This document shows positions 62,296 through 64,000 of a stretch of 64,000 nt of DNA, one piece after another. The stretch's first letter is position 1. Each line of letters starts with the position of its first letter. The stretch lies in assembly GCA_010093605.1 (NCBI GenBank), contig MU004184.1:2179-66178 (forward strand), read 5' to 3'. The stretch is from Lophium mytilinum (Eukaryota). The position numbers and the translations under genes were made by a program. A model generated the notes under the pieces. It was not told the origin of the DNA and made no database searches. It saw only the letters and a program-made list of their open reading frames with translations.

Positions 62296-63195
62296 ATGGC
62301 CACTCAATCCGACACAACCACCCCATTCCGCCTCCTCGACCTCCCCGCCGAACTGCGCAATAAGGTCTACTACTGGGCCTTGCCCCCCTCAATCACCCCC
62401 TACGTGTGCCAGCACAACACCACCCACCACCTCACCTGCACCTTCTGCCACACCGCTACCGACCTGCCCGCCCCTCACCCCGCCGCCGCCCTCCTCCTCG
62501 CCTGCCGCCAGCTCCACGACGAGGCCCTCCCGATCCTCCGCAAATACACAACCTTGACCCTCCCCGTGCAGCCCTGGTGCGCCATCCCCCGCGTCCTATG
62601 GTCGTCCCTCTACTTCCGCAACATCCTCATCGCGCCGCCGCCCAAGGTCGGACCCGTGGACGTGGACGCGTTGACGGCGCTCTTCGACGGCGTGGTGTCC
62701 CGGATGCGGGTGCGGCGCAGCTACGCGCTGTTGCGGCGCCTCACGGTGCACGCGTACGAGTATGAGGCGTTGGAGCGGATGATGGGGTCGCTGCGGTTAA
62801 CAAAACCGGTGCAAGATGTGACGGAAGCGTGGCCGGATCTGCCGGTAAAGATGGAGTTTCGGGTGATTGCGGTGCAGAAAGACGCGAAGAAGTGGGAGGG
62901 GGGGGCGGAGGGGGTGGAGTTGAGGAGGAAGTGTGAGGAGAGGGGGGTGGAGGTGGAGATGAGGGAGAGTGGGCCACGCCCGGTGGAGGTGTTGGTCGGG
63001 AAATGGTGTGTTTGTGCCGCGCAGGCGTATGTGGAGGATGTCAAGCGGAGGCTGAGGGAGGCGCCGAGTCGGGTGCCGTGGAGGGAGATGATGAGGATGA
63101 AGGAGTTTGAGAGGAAAAATCAGAAGAAGTTGGAGGGGTTGGAGGGGAGGGACTGGTCTGGGGGCGTGGAGACTGGGTTTTGCGGTGGTGGATAG
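62296..63195 (+). CDS. F-box-like fungal hypothetical protein
   Basis: PFRLLDLPAELRNKVYYWAL...LLLACRQLHDEALPIL, with ATG at 62296. Confidence 0.72.
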   Translation: MATQSDTTTPFRLLDLPAELRNKVYYWALPPSITPYVCQHNTTHHLTCTFCHTATDLPAPHPAAALLLACRQLHDEALPILRKYTTLTLPVQPWCAIPRVLWSSLYFRNILIAPPPKVGPVDVDALTALFDGVVSRMRVRRSYALLRRLTVHAYEYEALERMMGSLRLTKPVQDVTEAWPDLPVKMEFRVIAVQKDAKKWEGGAEGVELRRKCEERGVEVEMRESGPRPVEVLVGKWCVCAAQAYVEDVKRRLREAPSRVPWREMMRMKEFERKNQKKLEGLEGRDWSGGVETGFCGGG

Positions 63196-63402
63196 GGGTG
63201 GATGACGCCCGTGGACGGGTCAAGATTCTTGATGGCGATTACCCTTTTCTTAAGACGGCAGATTGGACCATGGAATTTTGCATCAGGTTGGGCATTGGGG
63301 GGGCACCTCTGGACGGATGGTAAAAGTTGACTAGATTTACCCTTTTCTGAAGGCTGTATATTAGATATCTGAATTTAGCGTGCGATTCCAAATACTACCC
63401 TT

Positions 63403-63671
63403 CCGAGCCTGCCTATCAGGCATTGAATATGCGACATCGCTGGGCATACTAGGCCACCCCTGGCTCTTTGACGTTAAAAAACGTAGGATGTAAAGAATTG
63501 AAACCTCTAAGTTAGACTGTGCATAGAACATATGTCTAGAGATCGCCTAAATCACCCGAACCTGCATATCAGACGTTGAATACGCGACATCGCTAGGCAT
63601 ACTGGGCCACCCCTGGCCCTTCCACTCTGAAAACGGTAGGATGCAAAGAATTAAAGCCTTTAAATTAGACT
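63403..63671 (+). repeat. ~116-bp imperfect direct duplication (63403-63518, 63556-63671)
   Basis: Shared GCGACATCGCT.GGCATACT.GGCCACCCCTGGC ... GTAGGATG.AAAGAATT ... TTAGACT. Confidence 0.85.
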
Positions 63672-64000
63672 CTAGAGATCCCCCAAATCAAACTCCCAAA
63701 AGTCCGTCCATGCCCACCCCAGCCCATTATCCGTAGGCGTATCAAACGGCGGCAGATCATTCAACTCCTGCACTCCAAGGCCAATATCCATCAAATCTCC
63801 ACCATTACCAGTCGTACCATCAGTTCCAATATTCCCCCCAAGCAGAGCCCCCGATCCACCACCTCCAGCTTGTCCACCAGCATTTGAAAACCCGACACCG
63901 TTAGGTTGCGCACTATCCAAGCTGGCTCTCAGAGTATCCCCCAGTTCACCCCCAATGATGTTTGGCTGCAGCGCAAGCACTTTGTAGCACAATTGCGTTA
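63672..64000 (-). CDS. 3' end of a gene running off the window (possibly a fungal transcription factor)
   Basis: Open frame reaching the window edge, ending in an acidic/aromatic tail WAWTDFWEFDLGDL*. Confidence 0.5.
   Translation of the reverse strand, partial: TQLCYKVLALQPNIIGGELGDTLRASLDSAQPNGVGFSNAGGQAGGGGSGALLGGNIGTDGTTGNGGDLMDIGLGVQELNDLPPFDTPTDNGLGWAWTDFWEFDLGDL

Overview
Filamentous ascomycete (Pezizomycotina, probably Dothideomycete-like) genomic DNA with short spliceosomal introns. Bases 1-~9600 are an AT-rich, RIP-type mutated block. It holds a full-length Ty3/gypsy LTR retrotransposon (600-8908, 182-bp LTRs, CTTTA target duplication) nested in a small TIR element (95-9066, ~92-bp TIRs, 8-bp target duplication). 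Next come two decayed CoA-metabolism genes: succinyl-CoA ligase beta and an HTD2/itaconyl-CoA-hydratase-like gene. The rest is a gene-dense region: aryl-alcohol dehydrogenase, Na+/K+-type P-ATPase, P450, DUF6536-like membrane protein, F-box/BTB proteins, PLC-like phosphodiesterase, GNAT, CFEM-like protein, small secreted Cys-rich protein, GH24 lysozyme, ATP-grasp-like protein, SDR and a frameshifted ferric reductase. The strongest unexpected observation is a U4 spliceosomal snRNA gene at 46741-~46933, split after nt 13 by an apparent 68-nt GC-AG spliceosomal intron. Also notable are a long, structured intron in the lysozyme gene and a mosaic of RNA-binding-gene fragments at ~33250-34100. All homology calls are by-eye motif recognition, not database searches.
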